Notes: generated by a model from the sequence alone, not told the origin. A stretch of 27,710 nt of DNA from Pseudomonadota bacterium (GCA_031416315.1 JANOTL010000021.1:1-27710), one strand, 5' to 3'; counted from the stretch's first letter, positions 8,939 through 17,704 are shown. Numbers and translations: made by a program.

Positions 8939-9137
8939 TTTCGTCAAGCATCGCCGACATCAACGGCAACAGTCGCCCCCTGACTCTGGAACAACACTTC
9001 AGAGAGATTCAGCGAAAGTTCACCTCATTCTACATCCCCAAAGAGAGCCAGCTCAGGGAGCACGACGCAAAGCGCAAGACAGTCGGAATGCTGACTGGCA
9101 ATCGAGCAGACGCCGAGCATGCGGGGAGACTCTTTAG
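8919..9137 (+). pseudogene. Probable relaxase N-terminal stub (remainder deleted)
   Basis: GTG start overlapping the end of mobC; MATVKISFVK resembles MOBP relaxase N-termini; the rest of the 72-aa ORF has no Tyr and no 3H motif. Confidence 0.45.
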
Positions 9138-9327
9138 AAGCGGACAGGCCCAAGTTGACCATAGCGGCGTGGTTCGCCTCTTTGCGATGGAGGACCAAGG
9201 CGGGGCGCCAGAGTTCGTCGAACGAAGCGACAAGACATGGTCGCAAGAGAAGGTCGAAACGTTCAAGGACGCGTTCTTCGCGGTCGCATCTGGCAGGAAG
9301 AAGGCAACCGTTTATAAGGAGATGGAA

Positions 9328-9717
9328 ATGGAACAGGTGACCACGTCGAAAGCGAGCAAAGCGAAGGCGGCCACGATCTCAACCGCGGGTTTGCGGGTGA
9401 AACGCGAGACGAAAAAGCGCGTCATGCAGGAGCTGGCAAGGATCAATGAGAAGGAATTCGGAAAGCGTGTCAAAGCGGACGACTTGATCGTTCTTGCACT
9501 GTCTCTCGTGGAGGCCAAGCACATCGACGAGCTGCAAACGCGGTCGCTTTCCAATGCTGATCGATTGGAGCAGCAGTATCGCGACCACTCCAAGGCACAC
9601 GGACACATCACAAAGGATGCGTTCTTGGGCAGACTTCTGAACCACGAAATTGCATCACCTTCACAACCAACTTCGAGCTCAAAGAAACCACTCGGTGATC
9701 CTGTCGCGGACCGCTGA
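9328..9717 (+). CDS. Hypothetical basic protein, possibly RHH-like DNA-binding
   Basis: AAGGAG RBS (9316-9321) 6 nt before ATG 9328; LRVKRETKKRVMQEL strand-helix pattern; directly upstream of xis-int. The ORF track allows an extension to 9088. Confidence 0.65.
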   Translation: MEQVTTSKASKAKAATISTAGLRVKRETKKRVMQELARINEKEFGKRVKADDLIVLALSLVEAKHIDELQTRSLSNADRLEQQYRDHSKAHGHITKDAFLGRLLNHEIASPSQPTSSSKKPLGDPVADR

Positions 9718-9735
9718 TCGTGCACAAATGCACGG

Positions 9736-9753
9736 CAAAATCCATGGATTTTG
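9736..9753. promoter_or_regulatory. Perfect 18-bp palindrome upstream of xis-int; putative operator
   Basis: CAAAATCCATGGATTTTG, a few nt before the GGAGG RBS of the excisionase. Confidence 0.5.
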
Positions 9754-9771
9754 AAGCGGAGGAATGCTACC

Positions 9772-10005
9772 ATGACGACGTCTTCAATTGGGGCGTTGCC
9801 CCAGCCAGGACAGACGATCTTTGAAAACTTAATAGGTGACGACCGGCTTTTGAGCTACGCGGAAGTAGCTCGGCGGATGGGAGTTTCCATCCACACGGTG
9901 CGTGGCTGGGTCTACCAGCGGAAGATACCGTTTTTGAAAGCCGGCAAATCAGTGAGGTTTATATGGGCTGACGTCTTGCAGTGGCTCCAAAAGAATGGAG
10001 CGTGA
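9772..10005 (+). CDS. Excisionase-family HTH protein (HTH_17-like)
   Basis: LLSYAEVARRMGVSIHTVRGWVYQRKIPFLKAGKSVRF; GGAGG RBS; ends 3 bp before the integrase start. Confidence 0.85.
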   Translation: MTTSSIGALPQPGQTIFENLIGDDRLLSYAEVARRMGVSIHTVRGWVYQRKIPFLKAGKSVRFIWADVLQWLQKNGA

Positions 10006-10008
10006 GAC

Positions 10009-11121
10009 ATGGCCCACAAGACTGCAAATGGGACGTGGCGAGTTCAGTGGCGAGAGAATCGCCGGATGATGTCGAGGATTTTCCCTGCTGGCACGCCGAA
10101 GTCCTCTATCGACAAATTCGAAGCCGAAATTCGGCTCGGACTTGTTAACGCGACGCAAGAGAAACGGTGCCCGACGTTCTCTGACTACGCTGCGAGATGG
10201 ATCGAGCACTATGCAAAGATCCATAAGGCGGCAAGTACAGTTCTCAAGGATCGGCAGATCCTGCGGGATCACTTGATTCCAGTTCTCGGTTCAAAGAAGC
10301 TTCTCGAGGTCAAACGGAAGGATATCCGCGACCTCAAGACCCAACTTTGCAACGAGAAGGGCTTCGCTGCTCAGACTGTGAACAACATCCTCGGATTGGT
10401 TCACAAAATCTTTGACGGCGCGGTCAGCGAAGATGAGCTGATCCCGATGAATCCGGTTTCCGGCGTCAAGCGAGTCCAATCAGTGCGGCGTCAGTTCAAG
10501 TTTTGGACCTTCGAAGAGAAGGACAGGTTCTTGAGCTACTGCCGCACCGAAAATTGGGAGCTATTTCAGATCGTCGCGCTAGCTACTGAAACTGGGTTGC
10601 GTCCGATGGAGATCAAGGGCCTTCAGCGGGACTGCTTGGACTTCGAGAACGGTGAGGTCATCGTCCGCCGCAATTGGTGTACGAAGACCAATCAGCTCAA
10701 TCCGTATACGAAGACTAAGCGGGATCGAAAGGTGCCCATGAGTCCTGCTCTCTTCCAGATCCTCGCGGACAAGCGCTTTCTGCCCGCAGACGCATTCGTA
10801 TTCCAAGGAGTCACGAATTCGTTCGGGGCGATGAAGCTTCAGCCGATGGCGATCCAGGCGAGCGTGACGCCGATTCGGTTCCATGATTTACGGCACACGT
10901 TCGCCTCGCACTTGGCAATGCGCGGAGTGCCGATGATCAAGGTCATGGATCTACTCGGGCACACGAAAATGGACTCGACTCTGATCTATGCCCACCTGGC
11001 GCCGAGCTCCCTCAGAGGGATCACCGACGTCCTTTCCGGTGGAGCTGGATGGACGCGGTCGCTACCTGGGGAGGTAGTCCCGCTCGCAAAACGTGAGGCC
11101 AATGCATCAGCAGTCATCTGA
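10009..11121 (+). CDS. Site-specific tyrosine recombinase / phage-type integrase
   Basis: TGLRPME, TKTK, HDLRHTFAS, LLGH and IYAH catalytic motifs (R-K-H-R-H-Y all present); N-terminal beta-rich arm-binding-like segment. Confidence 0.95.
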   Translation: MAHKTANGTWRVQWRENRRMMSRIFPAGTPKSSIDKFEAEIRLGLVNATQEKRCPTFSDYAARWIEHYAKIHKAASTVLKDRQILRDHLIPVLGSKKLLEVKRKDIRDLKTQLCNEKGFAAQTVNNILGLVHKIFDGAVSEDELIPMNPVSGVKRVQSVRRQFKFWTFEEKDRFLSYCRTENWELFQIVALATETGLRPMEIKGLQRDCLDFENGEVIVRRNWCTKTNQLNPYTKTKRDRKVPMSPALFQILADKRFLPADAFVFQGVTNSFGAMKLQPMAIQASVTPIRFHDLRHTFASHLAMRGVPMIKVMDLLGHTKMDSTLIYAHLAPSSLRGITDVLSGGAGWTRSLPGEVVPLAKREANASAVI

Positions 11122-11122
11122 T

Positions 11123-11145
11123 CATTGTCCCTGTTTTGTCCCTGC
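11123..11145 (+). repeat. Right copy of 23-bp direct repeat (tandem TTGTCCCT)
   Basis: CATTGTCCCTGTTTTGTCCCTGC, immediately after the integrase stop. Confidence 0.75.
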
Positions 11146-11160
11146 CGAAATTTTTCTGGC

Positions 11161-11206
11161 AACAAAAGATGAACCCGACCAATGGCTTAACGCCTAGGCC
11201 GGGCCC
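11161..11206 (-). terminator. Possible intrinsic terminator on the minus strand
   Basis: Minus strand GGGCCCGGCCTAGGC-GTTAA-GCCATTGGTCGGGTTC folds with G-U pairs and is followed by ATCTTTTGTT. Confidence 0.35.
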
Positions 11207-11663
11207 GAAAAGGAGGTAAGGAGGAACTCACGCCCCGAGCCTCTTGCAGCGCTCGTGCCATCTTCACGATGCGCGCAAGTCGACGACCCGGAAGCGAAAA
11301 CGATCTGCCACGCAGCGGCGACGTCGAGGCATTCGACGACCCGGTGCACGGTTTCGTCAAGGCTCTGGACGCTCAACCGATCCTGAGATGCTCCGGCGGG
11401 CCGCTTCTACCGAGGTCCTCGGCAAGGCGACGAACCGCGAGGGCCGCACTTGGCGTGAAACATGTAGCCACGCTGCCATCATAAACTCAGAATCGCGGAT
11501 CATAGCGGTTTATCCCGGTTACTTTTCCTTCGAGCCAACGGCATACTGAAATCTCGCCTTTGAACGCAGAGTCATCATCGCCTCGCAGACGAGCGCACCG
11601 CGCTCTCATCCCCATCGGAACAAGCCTCCGAGTCCTCGCATTGAAACCGGCGCCACGTGCAGG

Positions 11664-13190
11664 ATGTGTGGAATGAGTCGTGTCATGGTCGAAAGCGAGT
11701 TTTTCGCGGCACTGTTCGAGCGCTCCGAGACGGGGCTCATCATCCTAGACGACGCGCGACGACCACTTTCGGTCAATCCGGTCGCTGCGAGCTATCTGAC
11801 GACGTCGGTCGAAGAAGCGGCCACACAACCGATCGAGGCGTCCCTGGCGCTTTGCGGTGACGCCCCGCCGCAGTGGGCAAGCATCTCGACGCAAACCAAA
11901 AGCGGCGGGATCATCACGATCGAGGCTCCGGGTGCGCGACGGCTCGACCTGGAATTTTTGGCCTTCGCGAGTCTTTCTCCCGGCCGGCACTTGCTGACAC
12001 TTCGCGACGTCACGACGTGCGACGACACGCGGCGCCGCGCCCTTGAAGAGGGCTTGCGCCAAGCCGGGAAAATGGAGGCACTCGGACAATTGGCCGGCGG
12101 CGTCGCCCACGACTTTGCGAACCTGCTCACCGTCATCATCGGGAATAGTGAGCTCTTGCTCCAAAGGACGCCGCCAGATTCCCCCGCCGTGGCGAAGCTC
12201 AACGTGATCAAGCAGGCGGGACAACAGGCGACCTCGCTCGTCCGTCACTTGCTGACGTTCAGCCGAAAACAGAGCATCGACCCGATCGTTCTGAATCTCA
12301 ACGACCAGGTCGCCAAGACCGAGGGCCTCCTTCGTCGCGTCATCGGCGAAAACATCCGGGTCGTTTGCCAGCTCGATCCTGGGATCGAGCGAATCAAGGC
12401 GGATTCAGGCCAGGTCGCACAAGTCCTCATGAATCTCGTGATCAACGCTCGCGATGCCATGCCCAACGGCGGCCAGGTCACGATCGAGACCGCAAATGCC
12501 GAGGTGGCGGAAGCCATCGTCGGCGGGCGAACCGAGGTCTTTCCCGGAAAATATGTGACCATGAGCGTGACCGATACGGGCGACGGCATGGACCAGGCCA
12601 CGATGGCCCGGCTTTTCGAACCTTTCTTCACGACGAAATCGCCGGACAAAGGCACGGGCCTCGGATTGGCCATCGTCTACGGTGCGCTCAAGCAAGTCGG
12701 AGGCAGCATCACCGTGCGGAGCGCGTTGGGCCAAGGGACGACCTTCAAGCTGTTTTTTCCGATCACGCTGGAGGTGATCACTCCAGCTGCGCCCAAAGTC
12801 GCCGGAGCTCGGTCCAGGACGCCGATGGCTACGATCCTGCTGGTAGAGGACGACGCCCCCCTGCTCGGCTTGGTCGCCGAGATGTTGCGATCAAAGGGCT
12901 ACGCGGTCCTATCCGCGCCGGGCGGCAACGAAGCGCTCGCGGTCGCCGACGCCCACGGCGCCCCCGTGCACTTGCTCGTAAGCGACATCGTCATGCCCGA
13001 AATGTCGGGTCATGAGCTGGCTCGACGAATGCAGACGCGACAGCCGCAGTGCCGCGTTCTCTTCTTGACCGGCTACCCTCGCAGCCACACGGACGAGCCC
13101 GGCGCCGGGACAGCGCGGGGGCCGACGCTTCTCAAGCCGTTTGCGGCCGAGACGCTCACGCAGATGGTGGGAGACATTCTCGGTGCATGA
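11664..13190 (+). CDS. Cytoplasmic hybrid sensor histidine kinase (PAS-like, HisKA, HATPase, REC; CckA-like architecture)
   Basis: H-box GGVAHDFANLL, N-box NLVINARDAM, G1 DTGDGM, F-box FEPFFTTK, G2 GTGLGL, receiver LLVEDD...SDIVMP...LKP. True start may be ATG 11673 or 11685. Confidence 0.93.
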   Translation: MCGMSRVMVESEFFAALFERSETGLIILDDARRPLSVNPVAASYLTTSVEEAATQPIEASLALCGDAPPQWASISTQTKSGGIITIEAPGARRLDLEFLAFASLSPGRHLLTLRDVTTCDDTRRRALEEGLRQAGKMEALGQLAGGVAHDFANLLTVIIGNSELLLQRTPPDSPAVAKLNVIKQAGQQATSLVRHLLTFSRKQSIDPIVLNLNDQVAKTEGLLRRVIGENIRVVCQLDPGIERIKADSGQVAQVLMNLVINARDAMPNGGQVTIETANAEVAEAIVGGRTEVFPGKYVTMSVTDTGDGMDQATMARLFEPFFTTKSPDKGTGLGLAIVYGALKQVGGSITVRSALGQGTTFKLFFPITLEVITPAAPKVAGARSRTPMATILLVEDDAPLLGLVAEMLRSKGYAVLSAPGGNEALAVADAHGAPVHLLVSDIVMPEMSGHELARRMQTRQPQCRVLFLTGYPRSHTDEPGAGTARGPTLLKPFAAETLTQMVGDILGA

Positions 13191-13311
13191 CGACGCTTTG
13201 TCACCCGATGCGAGCTCGTAAAAGTTTTGTCGGCCCCATTCCAAGGCAGTAGCATGGGTCAAACGGACACACTTAGGAATCGATTCGCCCGTCGGCGGTG
13301 AGGATGAAATC

Positions 13312-14148
13312 GTGATTCGGTGGTGCTCATACTGCCAAGAATTCGTCGGCGAAACGGCGCCGTTCGACGACTTCTCATTGACGCACGGCATTTGCCCAGG
13401 CTGTGCCAGTCGCGGCTTTGCCGCTCTGGCCGGGCTCGTGGAGCGCGGCACGCAGATCGCTGAATTCTACGCCTCCTTACGCAAGCAAGCGGCTACGGGC
13501 GAGCTTCTCGACGTTGACCAGACGATTCACGAAGCCGAGGTCGACCTGGGGATTCGCTCGTTCGACCTCTTCGTCGGGATGATTCAGCCGCTGCTCTACG
13601 AGGTCGGAAAGCTTTGGGCCGAGGGGAAAGTGACCGTCGCGATCGAGCACCAGTTCACGGCGTTCGCCGAAGGAATTCTCGAGCAGATGTCGAAACGCAT
13701 GGCGACGAAAACCGGACTCGAAGCTCCGACGCACGCCGGCGTGCTTCTGGTTTGCGCCGGCGGCAACTATCATACGGTTGGCGTCCGAGCGTTAAACCTC
13801 GCTCTGCGAGACGCTGGGATCGCGTCGCGCGCACTTTTTCCTGGATTGCCGCCCCGAGACATCGTCGACGCCGTTCGACGCTTTAGGCCCCGCGCTCTGG
13901 GCGTCTCCGTCTCGCTGCCGACGCAGGTGCCGGAGGTTCAGCTCGTCCTCGAGCTCCTTCGACAGGAGCCGATTATACGTCCTGAGCTGATCGTGGTCGG
14001 CGGCGTCGCCTCGAAGAGTCCAGATTGGACGTTAGATGGGCTGTTAGGTGTCGAACCGGCGCCGAACGATTTACAAAGTACGGTGGAGCTGTTTCGTCGT
14101 GGCGTCTGCGCCAGCGGCGAAAATTCGCAAACGCCGTCATCTGGCTGA
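13312..14148 (+). CDS. Cobalamin-binding protein (CarH-type helical cap plus Rossmann domain) with N-terminal CxxC...HxxCxxC finger
   Basis: W102-x9-E112-H113 motif, NYHTVG (xHxxG), GVSVS and VVGG B12-binding motifs; N-terminal WCSYC...THGICPGC. Confidence 0.85.
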   Translation: MIRWCSYCQEFVGETAPFDDFSLTHGICPGCASRGFAALAGLVERGTQIAEFYASLRKQAATGELLDVDQTIHEAEVDLGIRSFDLFVGMIQPLLYEVGKLWAEGKVTVAIEHQFTAFAEGILEQMSKRMATKTGLEAPTHAGVLLVCAGGNYHTVGVRALNLALRDAGIASRALFPGLPPRDIVDAVRRFRPRALGVSVSLPTQVPEVQLVLELLRQEPIIRPELIVVGGVASKSPDWTLDGLLGVEPAPNDLQSTVELFRRGVCASGENSQTPSSG

Positions 14149-14156
14149 GGTTCGTT

Positions 14157-14921
14157 ATGGCAGCTCCTTGCAAAGCGCTGGACACCGAACTCGTCGTACT
14201 TCTCGTCGACGACGAGCGCGATCTGCGTGAAGCGATCGCGCACGACATACACTTGCGCGGCGCGACCGTTCTCGAAGCGGATGGGGTCGACTCGGCTCTC
14301 GCCGTGCTCGCCGAGCGCAAGGTCGACGTCATCGTGACCGACGTCCGCATGCCCAAGCGCAACGGCCTCGATCTGCTGGCGACCGTTCGGCGTGGACAAG
14401 GCGATCAGCCCGCCGTCGTTCTCATGAGCGGGTTTGCGGAGATCCCCCTTTGGGACGCCTACGATCGGGGCGCGGATGCGTTCTTCGGCAAACCGTTTCT
14501 TCCAGAAGCCCTATTCGACCGCGTCCGACGACTGGCGCGGCCGAGCGCGCAGAATTGGTCCGTCGATCCCGGTCCAGCGGCCGCAGAGGTGAACCTAACA
14601 TTTCCCAACGGTGAGGTCGTAGCCGGCGCCACTGGCTTCACCATTGGGCGAGGCGGAATGTTTCTCGGTCTGATGCGTCGCGACCTCAGGGTCGGCGTGC
14701 TCATAGGATTCAAGCTCACGGTCGGTGACGCTCCCACCGCCCTGCAGGGCAAGGGCCTCGTTCGATGGGTGCGGAACCTTCCGGAAAGCGGTCTCGCGCC
14801 CGGTTGCGGCGTCGAGTTCTCGTTCCTAGAGCCCGACATATGCGCGCGCTTGAGCGAGCGGCTCGCGAAAACGAGGCCGCTCGCGTTCATCCCCAAAGGT
14901 CCTAAGCTCGCGACGCCGTAG
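14157..14921 (+). CDS. Response regulator with C-terminal PilZ-like domain
   Basis: LLVDDE...VTDVRMP...MSG...GKPF receiver; IGRGGMF...GLVRWVR...GCGVEF PilZ-like barrel. GAGG RBS before ATG 14157. Confidence 0.85.
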   Translation: MAAPCKALDTELVVLLVDDERDLREAIAHDIHLRGATVLEADGVDSALAVLAERKVDVIVTDVRMPKRNGLDLLATVRRGQGDQPAVVLMSGFAEIPLWDAYDRGADAFFGKPFLPEALFDRVRRLARPSAQNWSVDPGPAAAEVNLTFPNGEVVAGATGFTIGRGGMFLGLMRRDLRVGVLIGFKLTVGDAPTALQGKGLVRWVRNLPESGLAPGCGVEFSFLEPDICARLSERLAKTRPLAFIPKGPKLATP

Positions 14922-16092
14922 CGCGAGCTTTGGCGAGAGTCGCCACTACCGCGGCGTTGAAGGCGCCGCTGAACTGAGCCGGCGCACCGAGCCAAGCCGT
15001 CAAACTCTCGACGGCATTGGGGACGCCGTCGCGCTCGTCGCATACTGCCCCGGCGATGAGCCGGCCCGCGTCGACGCTCGCCCCACCTCCGACTCCCGCA
15101 AGCGCATCGAATTCGACGGCCATCGCCGCCATGGCGTCGTCGCCGAGCCAAGCGCGACGCTTCTTGCTCAACACCTCGGCGGCCTCCTCGAGCACGCGAT
15201 AAGAAGTCTCGTTTTCCGGCACCGAGCGCACGAGCTCGAAGCACAGCGTTCGCAAATGCGCCTCGAGGATGAGGCGAGGCATGCCCCGCGCGGCGAGCAC
15301 GCGTCCAAGCCAAAGAACCTGCGAGACCGCGGCGGCTCGCGGCGCGCGCGTCAACGTGACCAGCCAAACGCTGTCGCTCGTCGTGAAGCGGCGCCCGCGC
15401 TCTCCGTAGCGGCTCTTCAGGTACGGAAACTCATCCCAACTCGCGCGTCCTGCGGCGAGGGCGGCCTCGATCTCGCGGGGATCGCTCGTGACCGGATGCA
15501 TCCCCGCCTCAGGATTGAAGGAGCTCGCCAGGGGGCGCACCGACTCTTGCCGCAAGGGAAGAAGCGACTCGTAAATGCGAATCAAGGCCGCGTAAGTCTC
15601 GCAGGCTGTATCGAGCACCGCCTCGCGTTCTTCGGCTGCCAACTCGAGGCCGTCGAGCTTCGCGCAAGTCTCGACCCATGTCCTCGAGCCGGGTCGCGGC
15701 GCCGCATCGCGCTTCGAGCTTTCCAGAGCGTAGAGATTTCCGAGCCAAGAACGCGCCAGTTTGCCGGAGCGCCGGCATCGGATCTGAACAGCTAAGCTCA
15801 GCGCAGCGTCGAGCGCGTCCTCGCAATCGGCGGTCGTCGCGTGGCGAAGCTGTTCAAGGTCCTCGAGCAGATGCGGCAGGCGCCCCATCGAGGCATGCCA
15901 CAAAGCCTCCGCGCCGGGAGACGCCGCGGTCTCGAGAGCCGCGTGAATCACGGCAAGCGAGCGCAGATACGAAACGAAGCCCTGCAACTCGAGACCCCCG
16001 GACGCGAGGGCCGCCGCGAATGCGGTCGCATTCAGGCGCTCGTGGAGGTCTCGAGTCCGTTGGTGCAGCTGGCCGGTCAGAGTCAGGGACAC
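14902..16092 (-). CDS. Heme oxygenase-like domain fused to a helical (globin/bilin-binding-like) C-terminal domain
   Basis: LHQRTRDLHERL (proximal His motif), YLRSLAVIHAALE, LEDL, LYALESS; C-terminal RYGERGRRF...WLGRVLAARGMP. Confidence 0.78.
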   Translation of the reverse strand: MSLTLTGQLHQRTRDLHERLNATAFAAALASGGLELQGFVSYLRSLAVIHAALETAASPGAEALWHASMGRLPHLLEDLEQLRHATTADCEDALDAALSLAVQIRCRRSGKLARSWLGNLYALESSKRDAAPRPGSRTWVETCAKLDGLELAAEEREAVLDTACETYAALIRIYESLLPLRQESVRPLASSFNPEAGMHPVTSDPREIEAALAAGRASWDEFPYLKSRYGERGRRFTTSDSVWLVTLTRAPRAAAVSQVLWLGRVLAARGMPRLILEAHLRTLCFELVRSVPENETSYRVLEEAAEVLSKKRRAWLGDDAMAAMAVEFDALAGVGGGASVDAGRLIAGAVCDERDGVPNAVESLTAWLGAPAQFSGAFNAAVVATLAKARATASRA

Positions 16093-16254
16093 GTCGTATC
16101 TCTCGACTTCGTTCGCTTTGGCGCCGACGCGACGATGCTAGCACGAGCGCAAACATTTTCAAACCTGCGTTCGCGCCGAAGCCCGCGCCGAGGCGCCGCC
16201 GATGATTTGAACGGGACATGGGGACCGCTCGACTTCCCGCCTGCCCCGAGCCGC

Positions 16255-17571
16255 TCATTCCCCGAGCAATGTCAACTGCGCCAACGCAGCGACCTGCATC
16301 CGGAGCGTCTGCACCGCGAGCTCCGTGCGCGTGTTCTCGATGCGATCCGTCGTCCGGTGATACTGCGGGTAAGAGTCCCAGTCGTTCTCGATCGTGAGCA
16401 ACGACGGGATGCCTTCCTCGAGGTAAGGAACGTGATCGGAGCCCCACGGATTCAGCGAGGTCACCATGCGAAGCGTCGTGAAACGCTGCGCTGCGGCTTT
16501 CAGCAGGTCGAACAAGGCGGCACCGCCGCGCTCGTCGGACTCGAGCAGGCAGTCGAGGTCCTCGTCACCGGTGTAGGCAATCATATCCATGGTGAGCACG
16601 GCCTTCACCTTGCTTTTGTCCCCTTCCGCGACGAGCTTTTGCACGTGCGCGTAGCTTCCGTCGAGCCCCTGCTCCTCGCCCGAGTAGGCGATGAAAAAGA
16701 TCGTCGCCGCGGGGCGGGACGCCGCGAGCACGCGCGCCATCTCCATCATCCCGGCGGTGCCGCTGCCGTTGTCTTCGGCGCCGGGTGCCGCACTAGCCGG
16801 CGACTGCGAGGTCGCGTCATAGTGCGCGCCGACGATGTACCAGTCGTCGGGCCGACTCGTGCCGGTCAGCTTTGCGACGACGTTGTAGGCCACCGTCGAG
16901 CCGACCCGGAAGGACTCGGTCGTCACCTCGAGGCCCGGAACGTCCGCGAGCTTAGTCGCGATCCAGTCGCGCGCCTGCGCGATCCCGCTGCCGTGGGTGT
17001 AGCGATTGTGACGTACTAACTCAGTTAGGTCGGCGTGCCAGCGGTCGCCGTCCACTTGCTCGACGAGCCGCTCGACGTCCTCGCTAAAGGCGACCGCCTT
17101 GCTTGGCTCCGCGTCGTTGGCGGCTTGGCGCGCCAGAACTTGGTCAGGCACGAAGGGAAGCACCGGATGGTGCTCGTCCTTCGTCTCGAGGCGGGCCGTG
17201 CGAGCTTGGACCACCGCTTGCCGGCCACCCTTGACGAGGACGTCGGCGTCCAACTCCCGCAGGACCGAGTCGTGCGCATCCCGAATCACGTAGAGCTTCT
17301 CGGCGTTCGGCACGACGTCGAGCACGGAGTACTTCCGCTTGAGGCTCGCGAGGCTCGCCCGCGTCGAGAGGACGAGCAACCGATCGTCCGCCTCGACAGT
17401 CCATGCTGGCGCAAGCGTCGAGCGCAGCTCGAGCAGCGCCGCGGGGCCGATGCGATCGATGTCGATCGAGGCGTAAACCGCCGGATCCTTCGCCGCCATG
17501 CCGGCTGCGGCGAGCGCCGGGACGGCTGCGATCGTGATGAGAAGTGCGAGCCGGTTACGCAGGCGAGCCAT
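16255..17571 (-). CDS. Secreted M28-family metallopeptidase (aminopeptidase-like)
   Basis: Signal peptide; GAHYD, GAEDNGSG, GEEQGL, DMIAY, GSDH and YH motifs. Confidence 0.92.
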   Translation of the reverse strand: MARLRNRLALLITIAAVPALAAAGMAAKDPAVYASIDIDRIGPAALLELRSTLAPAWTVEADDRLLVLSTRASLASLKRKYSVLDVVPNAEKLYVIRDAHDSVLRELDADVLVKGGRQAVVQARTARLETKDEHHPVLPFVPDQVLARQAANDAEPSKAVAFSEDVERLVEQVDGDRWHADLTELVRHNRYTHGSGIAQARDWIATKLADVPGLEVTTESFRVGSTVAYNVVAKLTGTSRPDDWYIVGAHYDATSQSPASAAPGAEDNGSGTAGMMEMARVLAASRPAATIFFIAYSGEEQGLDGSYAHVQKLVAEGDKSKVKAVLTMDMIAYTGDEDLDCLLESDERGGAALFDLLKAAAQRFTTLRMVTSLNPWGSDHVPYLEEGIPSLLTIENDWDSYPQYHRTTDRIENTRTELAVQTLRMQVAALAQLTLLGE

Positions 17572-17704
17572 GAATCCTCCGGGAAACGTCGAACAGACAT
17601 TTGCCGAGGACTCTACCTGACGCTGGCCGCAGCGTCGACGCCGCAGAACTGCGGCAGAACGCGCGTCGCGCCTTGAAATCTCAGCGACGAACTAAGATGA
17701 GCCC

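Larger units (their letters stand above)
2349..11145. mobile_element. Integrative (probably once mobilizable) element / genomic island with tyrosine integrase
   Basis: Contains xis-int, mobC, a candidate oriT and AbiE TA. Flanked by near-identical direct repeats. Exact att core not identified, so boundaries are approximate. Confidence 0.75.

Noticed and set aside
11194..11549. Small ORFs between the integrase and the kinase
   Set aside because: Conflicting frames and no domain signature.
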